Below are positions 1-8,754 of a DNA stretch of 64,000 nucleotides, piece by piece (the first letter of the stretch is position 1; each line of letters opens with the position of its first letter). A program made the translations under genes and the position numbers. Source of the DNA: an uncultured Clostridia bacterium (lineage in GTDB: Bacteria > Bacillota > Clostridia > Oscillospirales > Ruminococcaceae); assembly GCA_944386805.1 (NCBI GenBank), contig CALXCO010000008.1, forward strand, positions 2,649 through 66,648, read 5' to 3'. Below the pieces are notes generated by a model that saw only the letters and a list, made by a program, of their open reading frames with translations, did no database searches and was not told the DNA's origin.

Positions 1-1139
1 AGCGGTTTGCCGCGTCCCCAGCCTTTCAGCTCATTCAGGTTGAGCTTGTGGGTGTTCATATAGATGACGCCTGCCACCATAAACAGCAGCAGTTTGAACA
101 GCGAGTGGTTCATCATATGCAAGACCGTACCACGCGCCGCCAGCATATTTTCTTCGCCCAGTACAGCCAGCAGCCCGACGCCGATCAGAATAAATCCGAT
201 CTGGGACATCGACGAGCAGGCCAGCACCCGCTTAAAGTTGACCGAGAACAGCGCCAGCAGTGCACCGCCAAACATTGTGACGGCACCCAGAACCAGCAGC
301 ATATTCCCCCATGCCGGGTTATACCGGAAGATATTGACGGTCACGGCGATGACGCCAAAGATGCCGCTCTTGGTCAGGATACCCGACAGCAGCGCCGAAG
401 CGGGTGCAGGCGCAACCGGGTGGGCTTTGGGCAGCCAGATATGCAGCGGGAACATACCCGCCTTTGCGCCGAATCCGATCAGAATCAGCAGTCCGGCAGT
501 CCAGACTTTTCCTTTTTCGGGAATCTGAGAGACAGCCGAATACAGCTCATCCAGCGCCAGCGTCCCGGCAGTGATATACAACAGCGCCAGTCCGAACAGC
601 ATCGCCATACCGCCGAAAATCGCGACGGCAAGATAAGTCTGTCCTGCCCGCATTGCACCCGGTGTCTCATCGTGGACGACCCAGGTGTAGGAGGTAAAGG
701 ACATAATTTCAAAGAAGATAAAGACGGTAAACAGGTCGGAACCCAGGAAAACTCCCATCGTCGCACCCAGTGTCAGAAGATAGAAAAAGTTATACCGTCC
801 CAGGCTCTTATAGTGGGAGGCGAAATATTCCCTCCCGAACAGTCCGGTTCCCAGCCACATCAGCGCAGCGACTGTTCCATAGACAGCCCGGGACCCATCC
901 ATTTCGAGGTTGAGTCCCCAACCGCCAAAACTGGCCATCGAACCGGAAATAACCGTTCCATCCTGATAAAAGCCGGTCAGCATCCCGACCATCACCGCGA
1001 ATTCAACCACGACAACCGCCGTCACCGTATTGTCCCGTAACCTCGCGGACACCATATCGGCGAGCCAGCTGACAAACGCACCAAAGACCGGCCAGAAAAC
1101 CAGGAAGAAAAGCATTGTTTGACGCATTTCCACAGACAT
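1..1139 (-). CDS. Antiporter-like membrane subunit (NuoL/MrpA/MrpD, Proton_antipo_M family), 3' end outside window
   Basis: Not in the ORF track because there is no stop in the window. My own reverse-strand translation from ATG 1139-1137 (RBS GGAAGGG) gives MSVEMRQTMLFFLVF...GAKAGMFPLHIWLPKAHPVAPAPASALLSG...MSQIGFILIG. Confidence 0.85.
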   Translation of the reverse strand, partial: MSVEMRQTMLFFLVFWPVFGAFVSWLADMVSARLRDNTVTAVVVVEFAVMVGMLTGFYQDGTVISGSMASFGGWGLNLEMDGSRAVYGTVAALMWLGTGLFGREYFASHYKSLGRYNFFYLLTLGATMGVFLGSDLFTVFIFFEIMSFTSYTWVVHDETPGAMRAGQTYLAVAIFGGMAMLFGLALLYITAGTLALDELYSAVSQIPEKGKVWTAGLLILIGFGAKAGMFPLHIWLPKAHPVAPAPASALLSGILTKSGIFGVIAVTVNIFRYNPAWGNMLLVLGAVTMFGGALLALFSVNFKRVLACSSMSQIGFILIGVGLLAVLGEENMLAARGTVLHMMNHSLFKLLLFMVAGVIYMNTHKLNLNELKGWGRGKP

Positions 1140-1157
1140 ATTTGTTCCCTTCCTTTC

Positions 1158-2633
1158 TCAGCACAGTCCCGCCGCGACCGAAGCAAGGCCATCGGTCAGC
1201 AGCTGCGGAAACAGTCCGGTCAGCAGCATCAGCACGCTGAATACCACAATCGGCACAAGTTCCATCCAGCCGGGGTCCTTTCCGCTGTCACACAGTGCCT
1301 CCCCTTTTGCCGGGAAAAACGCCTGAATGACAATCGAAAACATATAGACAACCGACAGCATCGCCGAAATGAAAATCGCAATCGCACCAAGTATTCCCAT
1401 AACACTGCCATCGCCAATCGCCGCTGAAACCAGTCTCCATTTGCTGACAAAGCCATTAAAGGGCGGGATACCGACCAGCGCACAGGATGCGACCGTGAAT
1501 GCGCCAAAGGTGATGGGCATCCGCATACCAAGTCCGGCCAGTTCGCTGACATAGTTTCGTTTTGCAACCGTCATGACCGCACCTGCACAGAAGAAGGCGG
1601 TAATCTTGATGGTACCATGGAACACCATGTGGGTCAGACTGCCTGTCAGTCCGGCGGTGCTCATCAGGCTGGCACCGAGCAGAATGTAGGAAAGGTTGGA
1701 TACTGTCGAAAATGCCAGGCGGCGCTTGAAGTGAGGTTCCTTAACCGCCATCGCCGAACCGTACACAATCGTGATGACACACAGTGCCATCGGAACCCAC
1801 TGTGCCCAGCTGCCCCGAAGCATTTCGGTGCCAAAGTTATAATAAGTGACACGGATAATCGCAAATGCACCGGCGTTGACGACCGCGACCGCATGCAGCA
1901 GTGCGGTGACCGGTGTCGGCGCAATTGACGCCGCCGGCAGCCAGTTCTGGAACGGAAACAGCGCCGATTTGACGCCAAAGCCAATAAAGGTCACGACATA
2001 AACGGCACGGACAAGGGTCAAATTATTGCTGAGTGCACCGGCATCCAGTACACCGCCATATACAAACTCAGTCGTCCCGCTCAGGACCGAAATAAAGCAC
2101 AATCCAATAAAGGCGAGGGTTGCGCCGCCGATGTTGTAGCAGAGGTACTTCATCGCGACATGAATGGATTTTTTGTCCATCTCGTGGCAGACAAGCGGCG
2201 TCGTAATCAGCGTCAGCATCTCATAAAAGAGGTACATTGTAATCAGGTTTGCTGAGAATGCAATGCCCAGCGTGACACCAAAAGTCGCGGTATAGAAGGC
2301 AAAGAAACGGTTTTTGCCCTTTTCCGGCTCCATATAGCAGAAGGCGTACAAACTCGCAAACGGCCACAAAAATGCAACCAGCAGTGCAAACACCATCGAC
2401 ATTCCGTCCGACCGGAACGCCAGCGTCAGATTGCCGGGGAACGAAATCACCGAAACAGCCTCTCCCCTGCATCCCAGCGCCGCAATTGCCGCCAGGACAC
2501 TGGTCAGGATGGTGAATCCTTCGACATACAGATCTCTTGCCAGCCGTCCTTTAAACCGGAACACCAGAAGGCCAAAACCGCCGATCATCGGCACCAGCAC
2601 CGGCAATAAAATAAACCAGGGTGACAAATTCAT
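1158..2633 (-). CDS. Antiporter-like subunit (MrpD/NuoN family)
   Basis: 491 aa polytopic protein. Contains GVKSALFPFQNWLPAASIAPTPVTALLHA. RBS AAAGGAGG. 18-nt gap to the next gene. Confidence 0.9.
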   Translation of the reverse strand: MNLSPWFILLPVLVPMIGGFGLLVFRFKGRLARDLYVEGFTILTSVLAAIAALGCRGEAVSVISFPGNLTLAFRSDGMSMVFALLVAFLWPFASLYAFCYMEPEKGKNRFFAFYTATFGVTLGIAFSANLITMYLFYEMLTLITTPLVCHEMDKKSIHVAMKYLCYNIGGATLAFIGLCFISVLSGTTEFVYGGVLDAGALSNNLTLVRAVYVVTFIGFGVKSALFPFQNWLPAASIAPTPVTALLHAVAVVNAGAFAIIRVTYYNFGTEMLRGSWAQWVPMALCVITIVYGSAMAVKEPHFKRRLAFSTVSNLSYILLGASLMSTAGLTGSLTHMVFHGTIKITAFFCAGAVMTVAKRNYVSELAGLGMRMPITFGAFTVASCALVGIPPFNGFVSKWRLVSAAIGDGSVMGILGAIAIFISAMLSVVYMFSIVIQAFFPAKGEALCDSGKDPGWMELVPIVVFSVLMLLTGLFPQLLTDGLASVAAGLC

Positions 2634-2651
2634 ACTTTTCGGCCTCCTTTC

Positions 2652-4103
2652 TTAAAATACCATCGCAGCGATGCTGCGTCCAAGGTCAAGCAGCCCACCG
2701 GGTGCAATACCCAGCCAGACTGTCGCACCGGCAAGCAGAATCACCGGCGTCAGCATCAAGCCATCCGGTTCAAGGTCTTCCGTTTTGACACCGCTGCCGC
2801 AGAAAAATCCGCGCAGACCCAGCGGCAGCAGGTACCCGGCTGTCAGCAGCGCAGAGACGATCAGTGCCGCAGGCGCAAGGTAACTGAATACACCCATGCC
2901 GGATTCCATCGAACCGACCATCAGCTGCCATTTGCTGACAAAGCCGCTCATCGGCGGAATACCGACCAGTCCAAGCGATACAATCACCCAGCACCAGATG
3001 GTGGCAGGCATCTTGCGTCCCATTGCGGTCAGTTCGCTGACCTTTGTGCAGCCGGTCTTGACGATCATAATACCGGCGATCATGAACAGTGCGTCCTTGA
3101 TAACCGAGTGGAAGACGATATGGCTGACCGCACCGGTCAGCCCCTGTTCATTGAGGATGGCAAGGCCGAGCAGAATATAAGAAACCTGGCTGACGGTCGA
3201 ATATGCCAGCCGCTTTTTAAGGCCATCTTCCCGGAGTGCCATTGCCGACCCCATCACAATCGTAATACAGATCAGCGTAATGTACACCCACTGTACCCAA
3301 CTGCCGCGGATTGCATCCGGTCCGACCGTATAATAGATGGTCCGGATAACGCCGAGTACACCGGCTTTGGTAATGACACCCGACAATACTGCCGAAGCAG
3401 GTGCCGGTGCGACCGGGTGGGCAGTCGGCAGCCAGCCGTGCAGCGGGAACAGACCGGCTTTGACGCCAAATCCCAGCAGCATGATAAATACAGCCGTCAG
3501 CGTCAGGCCGTCCACTTCCCCACCAAGGCTTCCGCCCGGTGTAAAACCGACTGACGTCAGCATCGGCGTCAGGACAAAAATGCCGAACAGTCCGCAAAAT
3601 GCGCCGAATGAAGAATAGTACAGATATTTCTTTGCCGCCGCAATCGCCTCCGGCGTCCGTTCATGCAGAACGAGCGGAAGGGAAACCAGTGTCATAATCT
3701 TGTAGCCCATATAGAAGGTCACAAGGCTTCCCGCCGAACCGACCAGCATCAACGCGCCTTCGGTCAGCAGATAAAATCCGATAAACTGCCATTCCCGCTC
3801 CTCATGCGTGAGGTAGGAAAAGGCATAAAATCCGACAACCGTAAAAATACAGGCGACCAGTCCGATAAACAGTTTGCCCATCCCGTCCAGGCTGAGCATC
3901 AGTGCGAGGTTGTCGCCCAAATACAGTGCCGGCGTTGCCATCCCGCCGCTGAAAATCGCAATCAGCACCAGGGCCAGTTCTGCCACAAACACACACCCCG
4001 AAAACCACCGGAGTGCCGTCCGCCTATGCAGCACCGGCATCGCCAGCACCAGAACCCCTGCCAGAACCGGCAGCAGGATCGGTATCAACAAAAACATACG
4101 CAT
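2652..4103 (-). CDS. Antiporter-like subunit (MrpD/NuoM family)
   Basis: 483 aa. Contains GVKAGLFPLHGWLPTAHPVAPAPASAVLSG. The second ATG at 4097 has better spacing to GAAAGGAA and may be the real start. Confidence 0.9.
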   Translation of the reverse strand: MRMFLLIPILLPVLAGVLVLAMPVLHRRTALRWFSGCVFVAELALVLIAIFSGGMATPALYLGDNLALMLSLDGMGKLFIGLVACIFTVVGFYAFSYLTHEEREWQFIGFYLLTEGALMLVGSAGSLVTFYMGYKIMTLVSLPLVLHERTPEAIAAAKKYLYYSSFGAFCGLFGIFVLTPMLTSVGFTPGGSLGGEVDGLTLTAVFIMLLGFGVKAGLFPLHGWLPTAHPVAPAPASAVLSGVITKAGVLGVIRTIYYTVGPDAIRGSWVQWVYITLICITIVMGSAMALREDGLKKRLAYSTVSQVSYILLGLAILNEQGLTGAVSHIVFHSVIKDALFMIAGIMIVKTGCTKVSELTAMGRKMPATIWCWVIVSLGLVGIPPMSGFVSKWQLMVGSMESGMGVFSYLAPAALIVSALLTAGYLLPLGLRGFFCGSGVKTEDLEPDGLMLTPVILLAGATVWLGIAPGGLLDLGRSIAAMVF

Positions 4104-4121
4104 TTCCTTTCACAACATGAT

Positions 4122-5618
4122 TTATATAAACAGATTCATCCCATCCCGAATTACCTGTACCATCGGAATGGCAAGCACACCCATCGCCAGATTCAGGCCG
4201 ATCATGACAACCGAAACGAAAAAGTCGCTCCGGCTTTCACGGACCTGGCCGACCTCCCAGTGATGTTCATCGGGAGTATAAATGGTAATGACGGTGCGCA
4301 GGAAATAGATCACGTTGAGGACGGTACTGATCGCCAGTGCGATCAGTGTCACAGCGGTATACGCCATACTGTCATCCAGCGCTGCCTCTGCAAACAGCAG
4401 TTTGGAGGTAAAACCGGCCAGCAGCGGGACACCGACCATCGAAAGTGCGCCAATCGTAAAGGTGACGCCTGCCGGTATGTTGCGCAGACCGGCACCGCGC
4501 AGCTGTGGGAAGGTGCGTCCACGGTCGGAGGCATCCGACAGGTCGGATGCGGACAGAAACAGCAGTGCCTTCGTGGCGCCGTGGCTGAAGATATGGAAGA
4601 CAGCGGCGACGATACCGGCCGTAATGCCCATGCCAAGGCCCATATAAATATAGCCGATCTGGGCAACCGACGAGTAGGCAATCATCCGGCGGATATCGGT
4701 CTCCCGTATCGCGCTGACCGAGCCGATAATCATACCGGCGACACCCAGTACAAAGAAAATGTCAATCAGGTGGCTGCGGTCGATCAGGTCGTACCCGATG
4801 ACACGGCAGCAGAATTTGATCAGAAAGAAGATGTACCCTTTGGAAACCAGGCTGGAAAGAATCGCGGCAGACGGTGCAATCGAACTGCCATATGCGTCCG
4901 GGACCCAGCTGGAGAAAGGAAACAGCGCCGACTTAATGCAAAGGCCGATTCCAATCAGGCCAATCGAAACCAGCAGCGGCGTCTCATAGGACGAGCCGGT
5001 GGTCATAATCTGGACGACTGCCTCGTGACAGGGCTGCATCAGCAGTTGTCCGGTCACATCGTACAAAATACACAGTCCGAACAGCAAAAGGCCGGAACCG
5101 ATCAGGCTCATAATCATATACCGCAGTGCAGCAAGGGTTGTGCGGCCCTTCTGGCCGATCATAATCAGGCCACCGGCGGTGATGGTGTTGATTTCGACGA
5201 AAACGTACCCGGTGAACAGGTCGTTGGTGTAAATCAGCGCGAGCAGCGAACTTAAAAGCAGGCTGGCCATCAGAAAATACAGGTTCTGTTTGGTGTCCTC
5301 GATTTCTGTCCGAATGTGTGCCATGCCGCCGATCAGAATCAGTTCCTCCATCACGCCGACAAACAAGGCCAACATCGTCTCAATCGACCCAAATCGAATT
5401 TCGTTGCCCCAGGGAGACGGAATCTGCCCCATCGTGTAGTTATAGCTTTTCCCGGTTTGCAGGCAGAAGATCAGCGCTGCAAGGCTCATCAGGTTGATGA
5501 CCGTCATGACCGTCAGGTTCAGCCGCCGTGCACCATTCTTTTTGAATGCGGAGGATAGAATGCCGGAAAGCATTGCAAAGACGATCGTCAGTGCGGGAAA
5601 GTTATAAACAATGCTCAC
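4122..5618 (-). CDS. Antiporter-like subunit (MrpD/NuoN family)
   Basis: 498 aa. Contains CIKSALFPFSSWVPDAYGSSIAPSAAILSS. The GTG start overlaps the upstream stop (GTGA). Confidence 0.9.
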   Translation of the reverse strand: MSIVYNFPALTIVFAMLSGILSSAFKKNGARRLNLTVMTVINLMSLAALIFCLQTGKSYNYTMGQIPSPWGNEIRFGSIETMLALFVGVMEELILIGGMAHIRTEIEDTKQNLYFLMASLLLSSLLALIYTNDLFTGYVFVEINTITAGGLIMIGQKGRTTLAALRYMIMSLIGSGLLLFGLCILYDVTGQLLMQPCHEAVVQIMTTGSSYETPLLVSIGLIGIGLCIKSALFPFSSWVPDAYGSSIAPSAAILSSLVSKGYIFFLIKFCCRVIGYDLIDRSHLIDIFFVLGVAGMIIGSVSAIRETDIRRMIAYSSVAQIGYIYMGLGMGITAGIVAAVFHIFSHGATKALLFLSASDLSDASDRGRTFPQLRGAGLRNIPAGVTFTIGALSMVGVPLLAGFTSKLLFAEAALDDSMAYTAVTLIALAISTVLNVIYFLRTVITIYTPDEHHWEVGQVRESRSDFFVSVVMIGLNLAMGVLAIPMVQVIRDGMNLFI

Positions 5619-6157
5619 TTGCCATCCTCCTCCTTTCGTTTCTGGTTATATTCCGCTTCCATCGCGTCGACTTCATCGACCTGGTTTTGCAGTTTGGCGA
5701 TGGTTTTGGCCGTCTCAAGCGCTTCAGCAGCCGCCTTTTCCTGTGCCGCCTGTTCAGGAGGCAGGTGGCGTACCCGCCATGCCTCGTCCTTTTCCAGCTG
5801 TTCCCGGCGAATCCGCATCATCAGCTGGTCGATGTCCAGCGTCTGGTAACGAGCATACAGCCGGATGGAGAGGGACAGCATAATCGCACTGACCGAAACC
5901 GATACGACGATACCGGTCAGCACCAGTCCGGCGGGAATTGGGTTGATATAGGCTTCGACCTCCTGCACTCCGTTGACGACAATCGGAGCGGTGCGTCCGG
6001 TGATATACCCCTTGGAGGCAAGGAACAGGAAAATCGCACAGTCCATGATATCAAAGCCGATGATTTTCTTGAACAGGTTTTTGTGCAGCAGCAGGGTAGT
6101 AAACCCGATTGCAAAGAGAATGATCGAGACAATCTCTTCAAAATTATGAATTTCCAT
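5615..6157 (-). CDS. mrpC: MrpC/NuoK-like subunit with a charged C-terminal tail
   Basis: 180 aa. The first ~110 aa form a three-TM MnhC/NuoK-like segment (NPIPAGLVLTGIVVSVS). The last ~65 aa are an E/K/Q/A-rich tail. ATGA overlap with the upstream gene. Confidence 0.85.
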   Translation of the reverse strand: MEIHNFEEIVSIILFAIGFTTLLLHKNLFKKIIGFDIMDCAIFLFLASKGYITGRTAPIVVNGVQEVEAYINPIPAGLVLTGIVVSVSVSAIMLSLSIRLYARYQTLDIDQLMMRIRREQLEKDEAWRVRHLPPEQAAQEKAAAEALETAKTIAKLQNQVDEVDAMEAEYNQKRKEEDGK

Positions 6158-7212
6158 CAGATTGTCCCCCTTCTGAACATCGAATAGAATGCGTACATCG
6201 TGCAGGCGACCTCAACGCCGACGACAATATTGATCGGCAGGATACCGCCCGAACTGAGGATATTGCCCGGTGTTCCCAACGGGATGGCACTGAGGATGCC
6301 GTTTGCGCCGGTGAGGAAAAAGTAGCTGACAATAATCCCGTAAACGTACAGTGCGCCGATTTTGATGACGGTGTAGCTTTCCTCATTGATGAACCGCTGC
6401 ACCCGCCGCGGGCCAAAGGAGGACTCGAACAGAATCAGACCGGCGCCCATGACACTGCCGCCGGAAAATCCGCCGCCGGGTGAAAGGTGTCCGTTCAGGA
6501 TGATGTAGACGCCGAAGTAGATCAGGCTGGGCACCAGCACCAGCGAGATTTTCTGCAAAATCGGGTCCGCTTTAAACGCAAGGTCGGTATCCACCGAGAC
6601 AAAATGCTGTTTATCCTTGGTGTCAATCCGCAGCAGAATCAGAACGGCCGACGCTGCCGAAAACAGGACCGTCGATTCTCCAAAGGTATCAAATGCACGG
6701 TAAAACAGAATCATACCGGTGACGATGTTGACCGCACCCGATTCCTGGATTCCCTGTTCGATGTAACGGGCAGATACTTCGTTGTTGATCGGGTTGTCTG
6801 CGCCGCCGAAATTGGGCAGATAGGAAACGGTATACAGCAGGATTCCGGCAAAGGCCAGACAGAAAATAACGGCAAAAATTTTATAAAAAGTACGCAGTTT
6901 CGTGTTATGGGTAAAATAATGGGCAACCAGGTGCACTGCCGATTCGTGCGGCAGGTCCTCCGTCTCCTTTTTGCGGACCGTGATTGCGCGGATTTTCTTC
7001 AGCGTCAGAAAGTACAGGACACTGGTGATGCCGGCGCCGACTGCCGCTTCGGTGATCGCAAGGTCGGGCGATTGCAGCAGTACCCAGATTACCGACATAA
7101 TCAGCGAAAAGGACATGTATTTGACAACCGCTGTCAGCAGGTTTTTTCCGATGCACGCCGTCAGCGCGCAGATGACCAGCAGAATCAGCAGGAAATAACG
7201 TAAAAATTCCAA
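6157..7212 (-). CDS. mrpB: Fused MrpA-C-terminal-like (DUF4040) plus MrpB subunit
   Basis: 351 aa. SPDLAITEAAVGAGITSVLY, then NIVTGMILFYRAFDTFGE and GHLSPGGGFSGG (MnhB signatures). TTG start 8 nt after GGGAGG. Confidence 0.85.
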   Translation of the reverse strand: MEFLRYFLLILLVICALTACIGKNLLTAVVKYMSFSLIMSVIWVLLQSPDLAITEAAVGAGITSVLYFLTLKKIRAITVRKKETEDLPHESAVHLVAHYFTHNTKLRTFYKIFAVIFCLAFAGILLYTVSYLPNFGGADNPINNEVSARYIEQGIQESGAVNIVTGMILFYRAFDTFGESTVLFSAASAVLILLRIDTKDKQHFVSVDTDLAFKADPILQKISLVLVPSLIYFGVYIILNGHLSPGGGFSGGSVMGAGLILFESSFGPRRVQRFINEESYTVIKIGALYVYGIIVSYFFLTGANGILSAIPLGTPGNILSSGGILPINIVVGVEVACTMYAFYSMFRRGTI

Positions 7213-7230
7213 AATTGATTCCTCCCTTTC

Positions 7231-7686
7231 TCATCCATTGCCGGCGTGATGGGTGCCCGCTTCGCGGCGTTCTTCTTCCTCGAACTGTGCCTGCACATCG
7301 TGGTGAATCGAAAAGCGCTCCAGCGGTACCCCTCCCCAGGTCGTCTCCGGTACGTCGGGAAGGTCCGGCTCACCCGGACGGTCGGTCGCGTACTTCTTCG
7401 GGTTATCGGTATTCGAGAAGACCTCCAGCTGGCAGAGCAGGTGGCTGGCAGCCGGGCTCGCCATCCAGAAGAACGCAATCACCAGCACCAGTTTGAGTGA
7501 GGACCAGCTGAACCCGTACAGGATAATCAGCCCGATCATAAAAAACAGGATTCCCAGTGTATCCCCCATCGCAGCAGCGTGCATCCGGTTGAGAACATAT
7601 TTAAGTGAATAAATTCCGAAAACTTCCAATGTAAAAATAACCAGGCCGCTAATCATAAACAGAGCCGCAAAAATAAATTGTATCAT
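7231..7686 (-). CDS. mrpG: MrpG/MnhG-like subunit with an extended C-terminus
   Basis: 151 aa. MHAAAMGDTLGILFFMIGL is typical of MnhG/PhaG. ATGA overlap with the upstream gene. Confidence 0.8.
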   Translation of the reverse strand: MIQFIFAALFMISGLVIFTLEVFGIYSLKYVLNRMHAAAMGDTLGILFFMIGLIILYGFSWSSLKLVLVIAFFWMASPAASHLLCQLEVFSNTDNPKKYATDRPGEPDLPDVPETTWGGVPLERFSIHHDVQAQFEEEERREAGTHHAGNG

Positions 7687-8030
7687 TTTCCGTTCTCCTC
7701 CTTTTGCTGCTCCTTTTCCTGTTCGAGGCGCTTTTCGTCGGCCTTGTCAGCAAGATAGCGCTCGGTGTACACCTTCGACAGGATAATAACGGCGATAAAG
7801 CTGATCGCTGCGTATATCAGGCAGATATCCAGCAGATAGCTCTCGTCAATCAGGTAGGCAATGACCGCAATCAGCGTCATGACCAGCGTACCAATCATGT
7901 TGATCGCCATAATCCGGTCGGTAACCTTCGGGCCAAGAATGGTACGAATCATGACCGCGAGAATCAGAATTCCAAGCAATATACAGCATCCGGTAAAAAA
8001 TCCGGCTGCAATTCCCGGCAGATTGTTCAC
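7683..8030 (-). CDS. mrpF: MrpF/MnhF-like subunit
   Basis: 115 aa. LGPKVTDRIMAINMIGT motif. GTG start overlaps the upstream stop (GTGA). Lys/Glu-rich tail. Confidence 0.8.
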   Translation of the reverse strand: MNNLPGIAAGFFTGCCILLGILILAVMIRTILGPKVTDRIMAINMIGTLVMTLIAVIAYLIDESYLLDICLIYAAISFIAVIILSKVYTERYLADKADEKRLEQEKEQQKEENGK

Positions 8031-8491
8031 ACCATCGCCTCCATTTCCATCAGCATATGGACAAATACGCTGTCCTCGATTCCCTCACGGAACGACTTGT
8101 CGAGGCAGTGGACGACATATTCGTCGCCATCCATCTGCACCGTGATTGTCCCAGGTGTCAGGGTGATCGAGTTGGCCAGAATCATCCGGGCACTCTCCGT
8201 CTTCAGCGGCACCCGAAAATGGCACAACAGCGGCGAAGGTTCCCGTCCAGGGGTCAGGATAATCCGGATGACCGCAAAATTGGCCTTCAGAATCTCCCAC
8301 AACAAAATGACCAGATACCGTATCGCTCTGGGCATCAGACGCAGATACCGCAGCTCTTTTTTTGGTGAAAAGTCCATGAACTTTACACCAAAGAGGTAGA
8401 TGACACAGGACAGGATGATGCCCAGCACCACTATCTCCACTGTCACCCGGCCGTTGAAAATCAGCCAGAGTGCAAAAAAGAGAAGAACCAT
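8027..8491 (-). CDS. mrpE: MrpE/MnhE-like subunit (first gene of the operon)
   Basis: Start moved from the track's 8554 to ATG 8491 (MVLLFFALWLIFNG), which follows GGAAAGGAAGGAA. ANSITLTPGTITV is an MnhE hallmark. Confidence 0.75.
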   Translation of the reverse strand: MVLLFFALWLIFNGRVTVEIVVLGIILSCVIYLFGVKFMDFSPKKELRYLRLMPRAIRYLVILLWEILKANFAVIRIILTPGREPSPLLCHFRVPLKTESARMILANSITLTPGTITVQMDGDEYVVHCLDKSFREGIEDSVFVHMLMEMEAMV

Positions 8492-8685
8492 ACATTTCCT
8501 TCCTTTCCTTCCGGTTAAACCGGGTTTTTCCTGTGAAAGCAAAAATTTCACCAATTACATACATTTTAGCAAAAAATCAAGGCGTCGCCAATGTCTATTT
8601 TGTGAGAAATCGTTCGGTTAATCTGAATATTTTTATTCGCTACCACCTATTTTGTGTATTTTTCTCAACTTTGCGAAACGGCAGC

Positions 8686-8712
8686 AAAAAAGCCGGAGAA
8701 ATCTTCTCCGGC
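8686..8712 (-). terminator. Intrinsic terminator after the helicase gene
   Basis: GCCGGAGAA-gat-TTCTCCGGC followed by TTTTTT on the minus strand. Confidence 0.8.
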
Positions 8713-8754
8713 ATACGTAAAAAAATTGTCAATTTTAGCTTTTTTCATCCTGCT

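Noticed and set aside
48-1040. 330-aa plus-strand ORF at the left edge.
   Set aside because: It is the same kind of antisense artefact. The minus strand here encodes a clear Proton_antipo_M protein that the track omits only because its stop lies outside the window.
3663-5255. Very long ORFs antisense to real genes. Examples: 3663-5255 (+), 17176-18807 (+), 18758-20170 (+), 22768-24309 (+), 45735-46934 (+), 47559-48779 (-), 49505-51133 (+), 54860-56560 (-), 59052-60569 (+), 61106-62533 (+).
   Set aside because: Their translations are Arg/Gln/His/Gly/Cys-rich with no motifs or RBS. Each lies opposite a gene with a clear family signature. A stop-poor antisense frame is expected in G+C-rich coding DNA.
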